From positions 18,433 through 82,432 of the forward strand of contig CAWFOS010000003.1 in the NCBI GenBank assembly GCA_963817495.1: DNA of 64,000 nucleotides, in the 5' to 3' direction. The translations under genes were made by a program, and so were the position numbers. Shown piece by piece: positions 54,648-64,000 of the stretch. A model generated the notes under the pieces. That model made no database searches. It was not told the DNA's origin and saw only the letters and a program-made list of their open reading frames with translations. This stretch comes from an uncultured Alphaproteobacteria bacterium (GTDB taxonomy: Bacteria; Pseudomonadota; Alphaproteobacteria; Rhizobiales; Rhodomicrobiaceae). Position 1 is the first letter of the stretch. Each line of letters opens with the position of its first letter.

Positions 54648-55004
54648 TTAGATCCGTACGGGCACTGCGTTGAACGCCGCGACCAAATCATCCTCGCAGT
54701 AGGGTTTTACAACGCGTGGGACGTGTTCAAACCCGTCAAATGCATGGCTGTAGGCGGTGCAGAAAACGAAGGGAATTCCCCGCTCTTGCAGTTCGGCTGC
54801 GATGCCAAAAGACAGGTCACCGTTGAGGTTGACATCAAGCATCACGCAATCGAGCCCTGGTTGCCCGATTTTCTCTTTGGCGGCGGCAACCGAGCGGGCT
54901 GTTCCTGAAACAATCCCACCCAGACACTTCACCATGTCGTTAGCCGCCATCGCGACCACGCAGTCATCCTCGACAATGAGGACGCGCGCTCCTTGAAGAT
55001 ACAT
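54648..55004 (-). CDS. Single-domain response regulator
   Basis: VLIVEDD, MLDVNL, PFVFCTAY, KP; 118 aa. Confidence 0.92.
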   Translation of the reverse strand: MYLQGARVLIVEDDCVVAMAANDMVKCLGGIVSGTARSVAAAKEKIGQPGLDCVMLDVNLNGDLSFGIAAELQERGIPFVFCTAYSHAFDGFEHVPRVVKPYCEDDLVAAFNAVPVRI

Positions 55005-55322
55005 GTTACGACCGTGCTTCTGATGCCGCGCTTATCGGCAGTTTTGTTTATTGTCGGTCAGAGCGATTCGCTTTTTTCCGTTCCCAAGAAAATAACAGGC
55101 ATTCTCGGTGAATTGTTCATACGGGGATAGCTTCGGAATATACTTATAGAGAGTGAAACCAAACGGCTATCTAACAATAACATCGCCACGCGCCGCAATA
55201 TTGGTGACGCGCACCTCGCATCTACTTTACCATGCAATCCAGCTCTATTTGTATTTGTCTAAAAAAAAGGTCGCCTATGCTCTCGCTATAGTGGCGAGGG
55301 ACTGTCCGCTTGGACTAGACCA

Positions 55323-58292
55323 TTATGAATGGAGCCCACGCGGCGCGGCGTTCGTGACGAGGCGCTTGACCTCCGCCTCAAGCACTGATGGCGAGAGTGG
55401 CTTGCCGACGAGCGGCGCGACCCGGAAGACTTGGGGCAGCTGCGCGTGCGTGTAACCCGAAACGACAACGAAGGGTTTGCCGTCGCTCATCAGCCCACGC
55501 GCGATCGGCTCCGACGTCTCATGACCAAGGTTCACGTCCAGGACGGCGGCGTCGCAGCCGTCGCCCTCCATGAGAGCAAGCGCGTGGCTGACGCTGCCCG
55601 TCGGTCCTATGATCTTGAAACCCGCCAGCTCTAGTGTGGTAGCGATCTCGGCTGCGATGAGCGGCTCATCTTCGACCACGAGCACGCGTCCGTCGCCGGC
55701 TACGCGGACCGATGGCTTGTCAGGAAAGGGCGTCGGGGGGCGGCCGTCAATGATGTTGCCGGCGGGGCACTCGAGCCGCCAGACTAGCCCGGAAGGGGCA
55801 TAGTCAACCACGACCCCACCGCCCACCGAGCCCGCAACCATTGTGGACGTCACCTTTGAGCCAAAGCCGCGCCGTTGGGGCTTCGCGACGGGCGGCCCAC
55901 CCCGCTCCAACCAGGACAGCATAAACTGCGGGTCGGCTCCCCCATTCGCCTGTATGTGCCACTCGATGGCGATGCTTCCTGACTCATTTGAAAGCGCGCC
56001 ATATTTAGCCGCGTTGGTCGCCAGCTCGTGCAGCGCCATGCCTATTGTCTGGGAGGCGGCCTGCGAAAGGGACACTGGCGGGCCCGAAAGCGCTATGCGG
56101 CCGCCGATAAGATCGGCGAAATGGGAAAGCTGCAAGCGGATGAGATCTTGAAGAGGCACCGCCTTCCATTCATGTTTGATCAGCAGGTCCTGGGCGGCCG
56201 AAAGCGAGTTTATGCGCTCGCTAAAGCGCTGAACGAAGTCCTGTGGCCCGCTTGAGGCGGTCAAATGCGCTATCGCCTGAACAAGGCTAAGCATGTTCTT
56301 GGAGCGATGATTGACCTCGCGCATGAGCAGCTGAATGTGCTCCTCATCGCGCTTGCGCTCCGTGATATCGATGTTGATTCCGCTCATTCGCAACGGGGCG
56401 CCATCGGCATCGCGTTCAACCTTTCCAAACCCCGCGAGCCAGCGAACTGACCCGTCGCGGCGCACAATTCGATGTTCCGCTCTGAACTCGGCCTCCCGCC
56501 CCTCCAGGACATCGCGAACCTGTTGGTTTGCAGCTTCTCGATCCTCGGGATGGATCCGGGCCTCCCAATCCGCATAGCTCGGGTTGTCCATACCCGGCTC
56601 TACGTCGAAAAGAGCGTAGTTTTCAGGCGACCACGTGCTCTTGCCCGACAGAATGTCCCATTCCCAGGCGCCAGCGGATGCGGCATGAAGGGAAAAGCGG
56701 AGCCGCTCTTCGCTTTCGCGAACCGCCTGATACGCCTGTTGCAAGCGCGTCGTATCGAAGAAGTAGCAGACCACGCCGTATTGGCCATCCGCTAGCGTGA
56801 CGCGGTTGACCTGCCACTCATACGACTCACTCGTCCCGATATCATTTCGCTTCTCGGTCAGGCCTTGCGACACGTAGGGCTCGCCCGTCTCCAAGGTGTG
56901 CCGGAAAATCCGGATCGCCTCGCTCGCAAAGGGCTCCGGCCAGAGGATACGCATGACCTCCTCGAAGTCGCGGCCGATCAGAGGCTGCACATTGCGAAAC
57001 GCCGGCATCGCGCCCGCGCTGACATTCCGGATCCGGAACTGTGAGTCGACGGTGTAGATGCCGAGAGGCGACTGCTCGACCAGGGCCGCGAAAGTTTCAG
57101 CGTTGCGGCGCAGCGCCTCCTCCGCCTGCTTCTGCGATGTGATGTCAGTGGCCGCTCCAAACCATTCCCGGATCTCGCCATCCGCGTTCAAGAGAGGCAC
57201 GGCTCGGGAATGCGTCCAGCCAAACCCGCCATCGGCGCGGCGTACCCGATGTTTTAGATCGAAAATCGTCTTTGTCCGAACGGTCTGTGCGATCGCCTCC
57301 AGGACGAAGGCTTGGTCGTCGGCCAAAATGTATTGGTCGAGCCATGATCGGGTAGGCGTCAGCGTACTCGAAAGAAAGCCATGCCCATCAAGTGCGCGCA
57401 TCTCACTCCAATCACGGTTCATGCGATACAGCACGTCAGAAGTTGCTGTCATAAACGCGCGGAGCCTTTCCTCGCTCCTCGCAAGCTTCTCCTCAGCTTG
57501 TTTATTCTCATCGATGTCTATGTTGCTGCCGAACCATTTGACAATGTTGCCTGCCTCGTCGCGAAGAGGTACGGCCAGGGTGCGAAACCATAGATAGGCC
57601 CCATCGTAGCGGCGGATACGGAACTCCAAATCAAAATTTTCGCCTTTAGCCGCGGTGGCCTGCCACTGCGCCATGACGCGCTCACGGTCGTCCGGATGCA
57701 GGTGTTCCAGCCACCCATAGCCAAGCTGTTCCCCCTTGCTCCTGCTGGTATAACGGTACCACTGCGGGCTGAGATAATCGCAAGAGCCATCGGCCGCGCA
57801 GGTCCAGACGAGTTGAGGCAGCGATTCCGTGACCTGCCGGAAATGACGCTCGCTCTCTCGAATGGTGATGAGCCTTTTGCGAGCCTCATATTGCCGACGG
57901 CGCCCTCTAAGGGCAGCCTGTGCCAAGCTTACTAGGGTGGTGGGATGGAAAGGGCGCTCAAGAAATGTAACATTGCCGAGGACGTCAAGAAACCGGGCGG
58001 CGGCAGGATTGCGTTCGAGGCCGCCACCTCGAAAGGTCAAAAGAACAAACGGAAAATCTGACCATTCGGGCTGGCGCTTAAGAAAAGCCGAAAGACTGAG
58101 GAGGTCGGCGCCGCGGAACGCTTCCTCTGCTACCACGGCAAAACCGGCGCCCTTCCGCAACTCTGTTACGAGGCCCGGAACGTTCATGCAGGGCAGAGCC
58201 TCGATCTTAGCCTCCGCAAGGATCGCCGCCGCAAGGGCTGCGTCCCTTCCTACCGATGCCAGAATCAGCGCGCGTTCGGAGCTGTAGGGCAT
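55323..58292 (-). CDS. Cytoplasmic hybrid HWE histidine kinase (degenerate REC, four PAS, HWE, REC)
   Basis: QPEWSDFPFVLLT/LERPF pseudo-receiver, PAS/PAC repeats, EVNHRSKN, HELATNAAKYGALS, WLE, VVEDE...LDVNL...KP. Confidence 0.94.
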   Translation of the reverse strand: MPYSSERALILASVGRDAALAAAILAEAKIEALPCMNVPGLVTELRKGAGFAVVAEEAFRGADLLSLSAFLKRQPEWSDFPFVLLTFRGGGLERNPAAARFLDVLGNVTFLERPFHPTTLVSLAQAALRGRRRQYEARKRLITIRESERHFRQVTESLPQLVWTCAADGSCDYLSPQWYRYTSRSKGEQLGYGWLEHLHPDDRERVMAQWQATAAKGENFDLEFRIRRYDGAYLWFRTLAVPLRDEAGNIVKWFGSNIDIDENKQAEEKLARSEERLRAFMTATSDVLYRMNRDWSEMRALDGHGFLSSTLTPTRSWLDQYILADDQAFVLEAIAQTVRTKTIFDLKHRVRRADGGFGWTHSRAVPLLNADGEIREWFGAATDITSQKQAEEALRRNAETFAALVEQSPLGIYTVDSQFRIRNVSAGAMPAFRNVQPLIGRDFEEVMRILWPEPFASEAIRIFRHTLETGEPYVSQGLTEKRNDIGTSESYEWQVNRVTLADGQYGVVCYFFDTTRLQQAYQAVRESEERLRFSLHAASAGAWEWDILSGKSTWSPENYALFDVEPGMDNPSYADWEARIHPEDREAANQQVRDVLEGREAEFRAEHRIVRRDGSVRWLAGFGKVERDADGAPLRMSGINIDITERKRDEEHIQLLMREVNHRSKNMLSLVQAIAHLTASSGPQDFVQRFSERINSLSAAQDLLIKHEWKAVPLQDLIRLQLSHFADLIGGRIALSGPPVSLSQAASQTIGMALHELATNAAKYGALSNESGSIAIEWHIQANGGADPQFMLSWLERGGPPVAKPQRRGFGSKVTSTMVAGSVGGGVVVDYAPSGLVWRLECPAGNIIDGRPPTPFPDKPSVRVAGDGRVLVVEDEPLIAAEIATTLELAGFKIIGPTGSVSHALALMEGDGCDAAVLDVNLGHETSEPIARGLMSDGKPFVVVSGYTHAQLPQVFRVAPLVGKPLSPSVLEAEVKRLVTNAAPRGLHS

Positions 58293-58298
58293 TGCAAT

Positions 58299-59786
58299 CT
58301 AGCCGCCTTCCGTGAGGGAAGGCGGAGCGCTACTGATGAAGGCGGGAACGCCGCTTAAAATGCCCTGGAAATCGGTGAGCGCTTCGCCAAACTCAAGTCC
58401 GCCTTTGCCAATGCGATACTCACGGATCGTATCTTCATGGCTGCTTGTTCGCTTTTTCACAACGGAAATGGCGCGCCGCACGCGGCCGAACGCTTCGAAA
58501 TAGCGTAAGAGGATCACCGTATCTGCAAGGTAAGTGACGTCTACCGGCGTTTGCATGTCGCCGACCAGGCCATGCTGAGCAACGGTGAGGTATGTGGTTG
58601 CGCCTTGCCGGTTCAGGAATTGCAGCAGTTCATGCATATGCAAGATGAGGGACCGTTCTTCCGGCATCGCGGCTTGATAACCATTCAAGCTATCGATCAC
58701 GACCGCTCGCGTCCCGTGTTTTTCGATGCACCGGCGCACTCGATGCGAAAACTCGCCCGGTGTCAATTCGGCTGCATCGACCTGTTCCACAATCAGACTT
58801 CCTGCCCCGATCAGGGCTTCCAGGTCCAACCCAACTCCTTTAGCCCTGTTGAAGAGAAGGCCAAGTTCCTCGTCAAAGATGAACATGGCGGCGCACTCGC
58901 CCCGGTGAATGGCGGCTAAGACGAACGTAATCGCGAGCAGCGACTTTCCCGTGCCGGACGGACCTAGTAGCAACGTGCTTGAGCCGCTTTCGATCCCGCC
59001 GCCGAGCAAGTTGTCGAGTTCTGGAATGCCGGTCGGAAGCGTCGTTGGGTTGAACGCAGCCTTATGCTCCGCCGCGACCAGACGTGGAAACACCTGCACA
59101 CCGCCTGTCGCGATTGTAAAGTCATGGTAGCCGCCACGAAAACGCTGACCACGGTATTTTAGAACGCGAAGCCGCCGTCGCTCGGCTCCATAGGTCGGCG
59201 AAAGTTCTTCGAGGCGGATCACACCGTGGGCGACGCTATGTACGGTCTTGTCCGTCGCTTCCGACGTTAAATCGTCAAGCAGCAGCACCGTTGCATTTTG
59301 GCGGGCGAAATAGTGCTTGAGGGCAAGGATTTGCCGCCGGTAGCGGAGAGAGCTTTGTGCAAGAAGCCGGATTTCCGACAAGCTGTCGAGAACAATCCTA
59401 TCAGGTTTTACGCGTTCAACGGCCTCCAAGATCCGCTTAGTCGTCTCGCCAAGTTCGAGATCGGATGAGTAAAGAAGACTTTGCTGCTGGTTCTCGTCAA
59501 GCAGGCTCTCCGGCGGCAGCAGCTCAAACAATTTTATTTCGCCGCCAAAGCTCCAGCCGTGAGAAGCCGCGCTTTCCCGGAGTTCGTCCTCTGTCTCTGA
59601 CAGCGTAATATATAGCCCTTTTTGACCTTCCTCGGCCCCTTTAATCAAGAACTGCGAAGCAATAGTCGTCTTCCCAGTACCGGGATCACCTTCCAGCAGG
59701 AAAACACGCCCGCGCCGAAATCCACCCGCGAGCACATCATCCAAGCCATCGATGCCGGTTCCAGCTTTGCTGACTGTTTGGGCCAT
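58299..59786 (-). CDS. KaiC-like double-domain RecA ATPase
   Basis: Two Walker A motifs (GDPGTGKT, GPSGTGKS), LDSL/IDSL, VLKYRG, VTYLADTV, VVKKR. Confidence 0.93.
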   Translation of the reverse strand: MAQTVSKAGTGIDGLDDVLAGGFRRGRVFLLEGDPGTGKTTIASQFLIKGAEEGQKGLYITLSETEDELRESAASHGWSFGGEIKLFELLPPESLLDENQQQSLLYSSDLELGETTKRILEAVERVKPDRIVLDSLSEIRLLAQSSLRYRRQILALKHYFARQNATVLLLDDLTSEATDKTVHSVAHGVIRLEELSPTYGAERRRLRVLKYRGQRFRGGYHDFTIATGGVQVFPRLVAAEHKAAFNPTTLPTGIPELDNLLGGGIESGSSTLLLGPSGTGKSLLAITFVLAAIHRGECAAMFIFDEELGLLFNRAKGVGLDLEALIGAGSLIVEQVDAAELTPGEFSHRVRRCIEKHGTRAVVIDSLNGYQAAMPEERSLILHMHELLQFLNRQGATTYLTVAQHGLVGDMQTPVDVTYLADTVILLRYFEAFGRVRRAISVVKKRTSSHEDTIREYRIGKGGLEFGEALTDFQGILSGVPAFISSAPPSLTEGG

Positions 59787-59964
59787 GGCTTCTTCTTTCT
59801 CCAGGAAGAGCGGAAGCGGCGAAGGCTCACAACATCTACCATTATCACGAAGGATCTCGCGATCCTAGCCGCAGCTAACATAAATAGATCTTGAGGTGGC
59901 GGTGCAGGAGGCTCCTTCTGGTCCCCCACGCGGAGCTTAGCCCCCTAGAGCGTCACACGGCCCG

Positions 59965-60580
59965 TCACGGCGCGCGCAGAGCCTGCCAGAAGACCATTAC
60001 GCCGTGGCCCGCACAACCCGCCTGCGCAGCCGCCAGCCGCGCAATCGGTACCCGGAATGGCGAACAGGACACGTAGTCGAGGCCGACCTTCTCGCAGAAG
60101 GCAATCGACGCTGGATCGCCGCCGTGCTCGCCGCAATGCCGAGCTTGATGTTCGGCCTCGTCTTCCGGCCCGCGGTCCGCCGCGATCTGGACGAGTTCGC
60201 CCACACCATCCGGCTCGAGAGAAACGAAGGGATCGGTTTCGAAAATGCCCTGGGCAAGATAGTCGCCAAGGAACGTGCCGGAATCGTCGCGGCTCAAGCC
60301 ATAGGTTGTCTGGGTGAAGTCGTTCGTGCCGAATGAGAAGAATTCGGCTGTCTGCGCAATGTCTCCGGCCCTGACGTGGCGCGGGGTGGTTCGATCATGG
60401 TGCCGGCGTGATAGGAGATCGAGGTGCTCGTGGCCACTTTGTCGATAATCGCCTTTATGATGTCGAATTCTGCTTTCGTCGCGATGAGAGGGACCATGAC
60501 CTCTGGCACAACGTGCGCTCCTATCTTGTGGCCTGCTTCCACGGCCGCCTCGAAGATCGCCCGCGCTTGCATTTCGGCGA
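59965..60580 (-). pseudogene. ppdK: 3' remnant of pyruvate phosphate dikinase
   Basis: [60 protein letters not shown] across frameshifts. Confidence 0.92.
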
Positions 60581-60585
60581 GTGCG

Positions 60586-60705
60586 GGATGTTAGCCAAAA
60601 CAACGCCTAAGCCATTGTTTTAAAAGAGAAAAAGTAGGAGGTTCGGCGGAGGGGGTGGGAGTGAACTAGGTGAATGATTTCCGTGCGTTACATTGGCTAA
60701 CATCC
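60586..60705. other. att-like site: tRNA(Ser)-like 3' fragment flanked by a 13-bp inverted repeat
   Basis: 60645-60660 reads TCCCACCCCCTCCGCC on the minus strand; GGATGTTAGCCAA (60586-60598) / TTGGCTAACATCC (60693-60705). Confidence 0.6.
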
Positions 60706-61049
60706 AATTTTGGTGGCACTGTTTTGTAAGGGGCATTTTGGGATTTGGCGAACGTTTTTCCGCCACGACTTCGAATTCCGGAGAGGGATTCGAAGTGGCG
60801 CAGTATGCAGACAGGGGGGACTCGTGCCGTTTACGTCCTGCAACACCGAGCGACGGCTGAACCCTTCATAGCCGAAGCTCTCTTCCCGGACGCGAACTGG
60901 GAAAGAGGGCCAATAGTGAGCGTTGCGATCTGTTGCACGCGACCAGGTTTGTAGATACGGTAGCGGAAAGTCTTGGATAGGCACCGATTATAATAAGAAG
61001 CAAGGATCTCGATGACTTTAGGCGGGTCCGTAACCAACCTCGCGCGCCT

Positions 61050-61262
61050 CCCCACTGGCGAGAAGCTGTTGGTGGGACTACGTAGGCGATCCCGTGCCGG
61101 TCATCGGTGAGCGGCGTCCGCCGCTGATTTTCGTGGCGGTGCTGGGCGCGCCGAGTTTCTTTTACGCCGAAGCGACCTGATCGCAGAGCCTGCCGGACCG
61201 GATCGCGGCCCATGTCCACACTCTGGAAGCGATCGGCGGCGTTCCGAGGCTCCTTGTGCGGA
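61050..61262 (+). pseudogene. Internal remnant of an IS21 IstA transposase
   Basis: GEKL..DY.G, IFVAVLGAPSFFYAEAT*SQSLPDRIAAHV...IGGVPRLLV. Confidence 0.85.
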
Positions 61263-61264
61263 CG

Positions 61265-61579
61265 CATGGCCGGTTGGCGATATCGTAGCCCTTGATAGCG
61301 GCGAGAACCTGCGCCTTGGTGCGCCCTATCTTCTTGCGGCTTTCTGCCGTGTAGCGATCAATAGCGTCTCAGTGGCGATGTCTTCGTCTGAGACGTGCCG
61401 AGAGCCGCATCTGGCTTCGAAAGTTCTTCCTCTCGCTTCTTCAGCCAAGCGGCAGCGGCTTGTCTTCGATCAATGGTTTTCGCCTCACGATGCCTAGATT
61501 TTTGTCGCGGCATGATGAGGATTTTCGCATTATAAGCGGTTGATCCATCTTTGCGTTTCCGCGAAACGATGGTGCCCAC
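61265..61579 (-). pseudogene. N-terminal remnant of a dusA-associated tyrosine integrase
   Basis: (M)GTIVSRKRKDGSTAY...DRRQAAAAWLKKREEELSKP, frameshift near 61370, DAIDRYTAESRKKIGRTKAQVL; divergent from dusA; catalytic domain absent. Confidence 0.85.
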
Positions 61580-61731
61580 ACAGCTTGGCCTTATGATTAC
61601 GGCATGTGCTGTAGCTTGTCTCAGAAATGGGAGAAAACAGCAAAAATGGGAAGTAAACGGGCGGGAAAACGATAGCCAGAGAACATGGACAAAGTGATGC
61701 ATGGAAGGAAAAAAACCACGAATGCAGCCCC

Positions 61732-62724
61732 TGGCGTTTCTGCGTGGCGCCCATGATGGACTGGACCGACCGCCACTGCCGCTTCTTTCACCGGCAGTTG
61801 ACGCGGCGCGCGCGGCTGTACACGGAGATGGTCACCTCGGCGGCGATCAGGCATGGCGACCGCCAGCGACTTCTCGGCTTCCACCGAAGCGAGCATCCGG
61901 TGGCGCTGCAGCTTGGCGGGTCCGACCCCGAGGAGTTGGCGCACGCCTCCGAAATCGGGCTCTCCTTCGGCTACGATGAGATCAACCTGAATTGCGGGTG
62001 CCCGTCCGACCGCGTGCAGTCGGGCCGCTTCGGCGCCTGCCTCATGGCAGAGCCCGGGCTTGTCGCAACCTGCATCGCGGCGATGCGCGGCGCTGTGGGC
62101 AGCGATGTGCCGGTCACCGTGAAATGCAGGATCGGCATCGACGACCAGGACAGCGAGGCGGATCTCGTCCGGTTCATCGAGTGCGTGGCCGCTAGCGGCT
62201 GCAGCACTTTTATCGTGCATGCCCGCAAGGCGTGGCTTCACGGGCTGAGTCCGAAGGAGAACCGTGAGGTTCCGCCGCTCGATTACGATCGCGTCCACCG
62301 GCTCAAGGCGGCGTTTCCCGAGTTGACCGTCGTCATCAATGGCGGCATCGCGACAATCGGCGAAGCTGCAGAAGAGTTGAAGGCCGTCGACGGCGTCATG
62401 CTCGGACGGGCGGCCTACAAGTCGCCCGCGATCCTTGCCGGGGTCGACGGCAGTCTATTCGAGGCGGATTGCACTGCGCCTCTCCCGCACGCTGTGCTGG
62501 AGGGCATGCTGGATTATGTCTCGAAAGAACTGGAACGCGGGACGCGCTTGTCGTCCATCACGCGCCATATGACCGGCCTGATGAACGGAAGGCCGGGCGC
62601 GCGGCTGTTCCGGCGGCTTCTGACGGAGGAGAGCGTGAAGGAAGGCGCGGGCCTCGATGTGCTGGGGGCAGCGATCGATGCGGCGCGCCGGGCTGAAGAA
62701 AGGACCGCGCGCCTGGCCGCCTGA
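61732..62724 (+). CDS. dusA: tRNA dihydrouridine synthase A (true start uncertain)
   Basis: WRFCVAPMMDWTDRHCR, LYTEM, ALQLGGSDP, NLNCGCPSDRVQSG, VKCRIG, VHARKAWL.GLSPKENR. Confidence 0.97.
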   Translation, partial: WRFCVAPMMDWTDRHCRFFHRQLTRRARLYTEMVTSAAIRHGDRQRLLGFHRSEHPVALQLGGSDPEELAHASEIGLSFGYDEINLNCGCPSDRVQSGRFGACLMAEPGLVATCIAAMRGAVGSDVPVTVKCRIGIDDQDSEADLVRFIECVAASGCSTFIVHARKAWLHGLSPKENREVPPLDYDRVHRLKAAFPELTVVINGGIATIGEAAEELKAVDGVMLGRAAYKSPAILAGVDGSLFEADCTAPLPHAVLEGMLDYVSKELERGTRLSSITRHMTGLMNGRPGARLFRRLLTEESVKEGAGLDVLGAAIDAARRAEERTARLAA

Positions 62725-63123
62725 GCGATAGGCATCGATCCGGCTGATCGAGACTGACGCCGGGCAGTAACATTGACCACCAGGCGGCTCCCCGGCTCGT
62801 GCGCTTGATCGCATGCAGGCGTCCGGTGTTTTGTATGCACTGGCGAATGGCGGCATCTGTTTGTCAACTTGTCCCTGACGCTTTCGTCTGTCTTTCTTCT
62901 TCTGAAAGATCTTCACCGAAGTCGCCTTGCCGGCAGGTTAACAAGAGCGTAAGCCCGCTCCAACCCTTGATAATTCAGAGATAATTGCGGGAAAAATGCC
63001 GGGCGCGGACGCCATCGCCGCCTGCGCCGCAGCTGTTCCGGGCTGCGCGCAAGCGTTAATTCGCCAAATGAAAACATACTTAACGGACTTTTGCTCGTCC
63101 CAGTAAATGAAAAAAATCCGGCA

Positions 63124-63138
63124 TTAAATTCTATTTAA
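63124..63138. promoter_or_regulatory. CtrA-type box TTAA-N7-TTAA
   Basis: TTAAATTCTATTTAA in an AT-rich intergenic region; degenerate copy TTAA-N7-GTAA at 62938-62952. Confidence 0.45.
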
Positions 63139-63481
63139 TGGGCAATTCAGTAACGATAAAATAGCTAATTATTTCAATGGTTTATAGCAGATTGTTCCTA
63201 TCCGGTCGTAGGCGCGGCGCTCCTCCGCATCGCACGGAGTGAACGACTTTTTAAGCAAACGCAGGGCGGGAAATAAATCCGGCGCGAGCCTGTTAACCGT
63301 GTTCGGTTAATTTAGCAGCGCGGTGACGAAGGGTTTACCAATAGAGCCTGCGCAAGCGCCGTCCACGAAGCTAAGCCCTATCCCGGTTGGTCCCGCGCCG
63401 ATAGCCGATGTGAATGTTGCACGATGCCGAATGGCGGTCAGGGTACGCAAAGCAGCCATGCCGGTTTTCTCGCGGTCCCAT

Positions 63482-64000
63482 TAGTCTTACTGCGTCACAA
63501 ACGAGGAGCGGCTACTGGCTACTCTTGTATTCGGAGCAGCGCAGCACGGACAGCGTGGCAAGCTTCGTGCGAGCGCCACGGCGATCCGCTTATGCAGACT
63601 GGCAATTGAGTTCGCCACATGGCGTTCGGGCCGGATTGGCGGCGCCTCGGGGTCTGTAACCTCTGGAAATGGCAGGTTTTTTGAGCCGCGCGGCGAAGGC
63701 AGGTCCTGAGGGGGGAATCGTCTCCCTCTCGGAGATCAGGAATCCATAAGCCGCAATGCACAAGGTGGCGTGATGGTGGAAGCCGCGCCAGCTGCGCCCC
63801 TCGAAATGCCCGAGGCCAACCTCCTGTTTAAGCTCGCGATAATCGCGTTCTATGCGCCAGCGCAGCTTGGTTGCATCGACCAGTTCGCCAAAGGCGATAC
63901 CGGCGTCCATCGTGGAGAACCAGTATTTTGCCGGTTCGGCTTCATCTTCGGGCCACTCGATCAGCAGCCACTCCTCTGGGCGCGGTTCGTCCAGCCGGTA
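63482..64000 (-). mobile_element. IS701-family element, 3' end (runs off the window)
   Basis: EEWLLIEWP, KYWFST, RWRIERDYRELKQEVGLGHFEGRSWRGFHHHATL; end motif GTGACGCAGTAAGACTA. Confidence 0.92.

Larger units (their letters stand above)
759..61769. mobile_element. dusA-associated integrative element / genomic island (~61 kb), degenerate
   Basis: Imperfect 38-bp direct repeat of the dusA 5' motif at both ends; integrase remnant divergent from dusA at 61265-61579; cargo rich in IS elements and gene relics. Confidence 0.8.

Noticed and set aside
58299-59786. Circadian clock gene kaiC
   Set aside because: No kaiA/kaiB and the canonical ST phosphosites are absent; called KaiC-like only
60645-60660. 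tRNA gene
   Set aside because: Only a 16-nt 3' fragment; no cloverleaf can be formed
60697-61055. Short ORFs between the att-like site and the IS21 remnant
   Set aside because: No recognisable family on either strand

Overview
High-GC alphaproteobacterial (Hyphomicrobiales-like) DNA. Almost the whole window (~759-61769) reads as one decaying dusA-associated genomic island. An orphan dusA 5' fragment (WRFCTAPMMDWTD) at 720-796 repeats the start of the intact dusA at 61732-62724, and a broken integrase gene sits divergently next to dusA. The cargo is a mosaic of modules: two paralogous HWE/PAS/REC histidine kinases (one coupled to a KaiC-like ATPase); a glycolate/glyoxylate utilisation cluster (hydroxy-acid oxidase, gcl-hyi-glxR-glycerate kinase-glcDEF-permease); a relic pgi-fba-rpe-tkt operon; a LysR/three-sulfatase/HAD cassette bounded by 101-bp direct repeats; a desaturase/PhnD-like/betaine-type ABC operon; and a K+ module (kup, DUF2254, kdpD, and an orphan kdpA with an altered selectivity filter and no kdpB/C/E). 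There are many gene relics (doxX, phaC, aceE, NRAMP, aminotransferase, ppdK) and IS630, IS66, IS1111, IS110, IS21 and IS701 elements. The most notable unexplained structures are a family of ~29-bp 11-7-11 palindromic sites at module junctions, readable guide segments in the IS1111 non-coding region that match its insertion site and the start of those repeats, and the pump-less variant KdpA. All family calls come from motif recognition by eye; no database searches were run.
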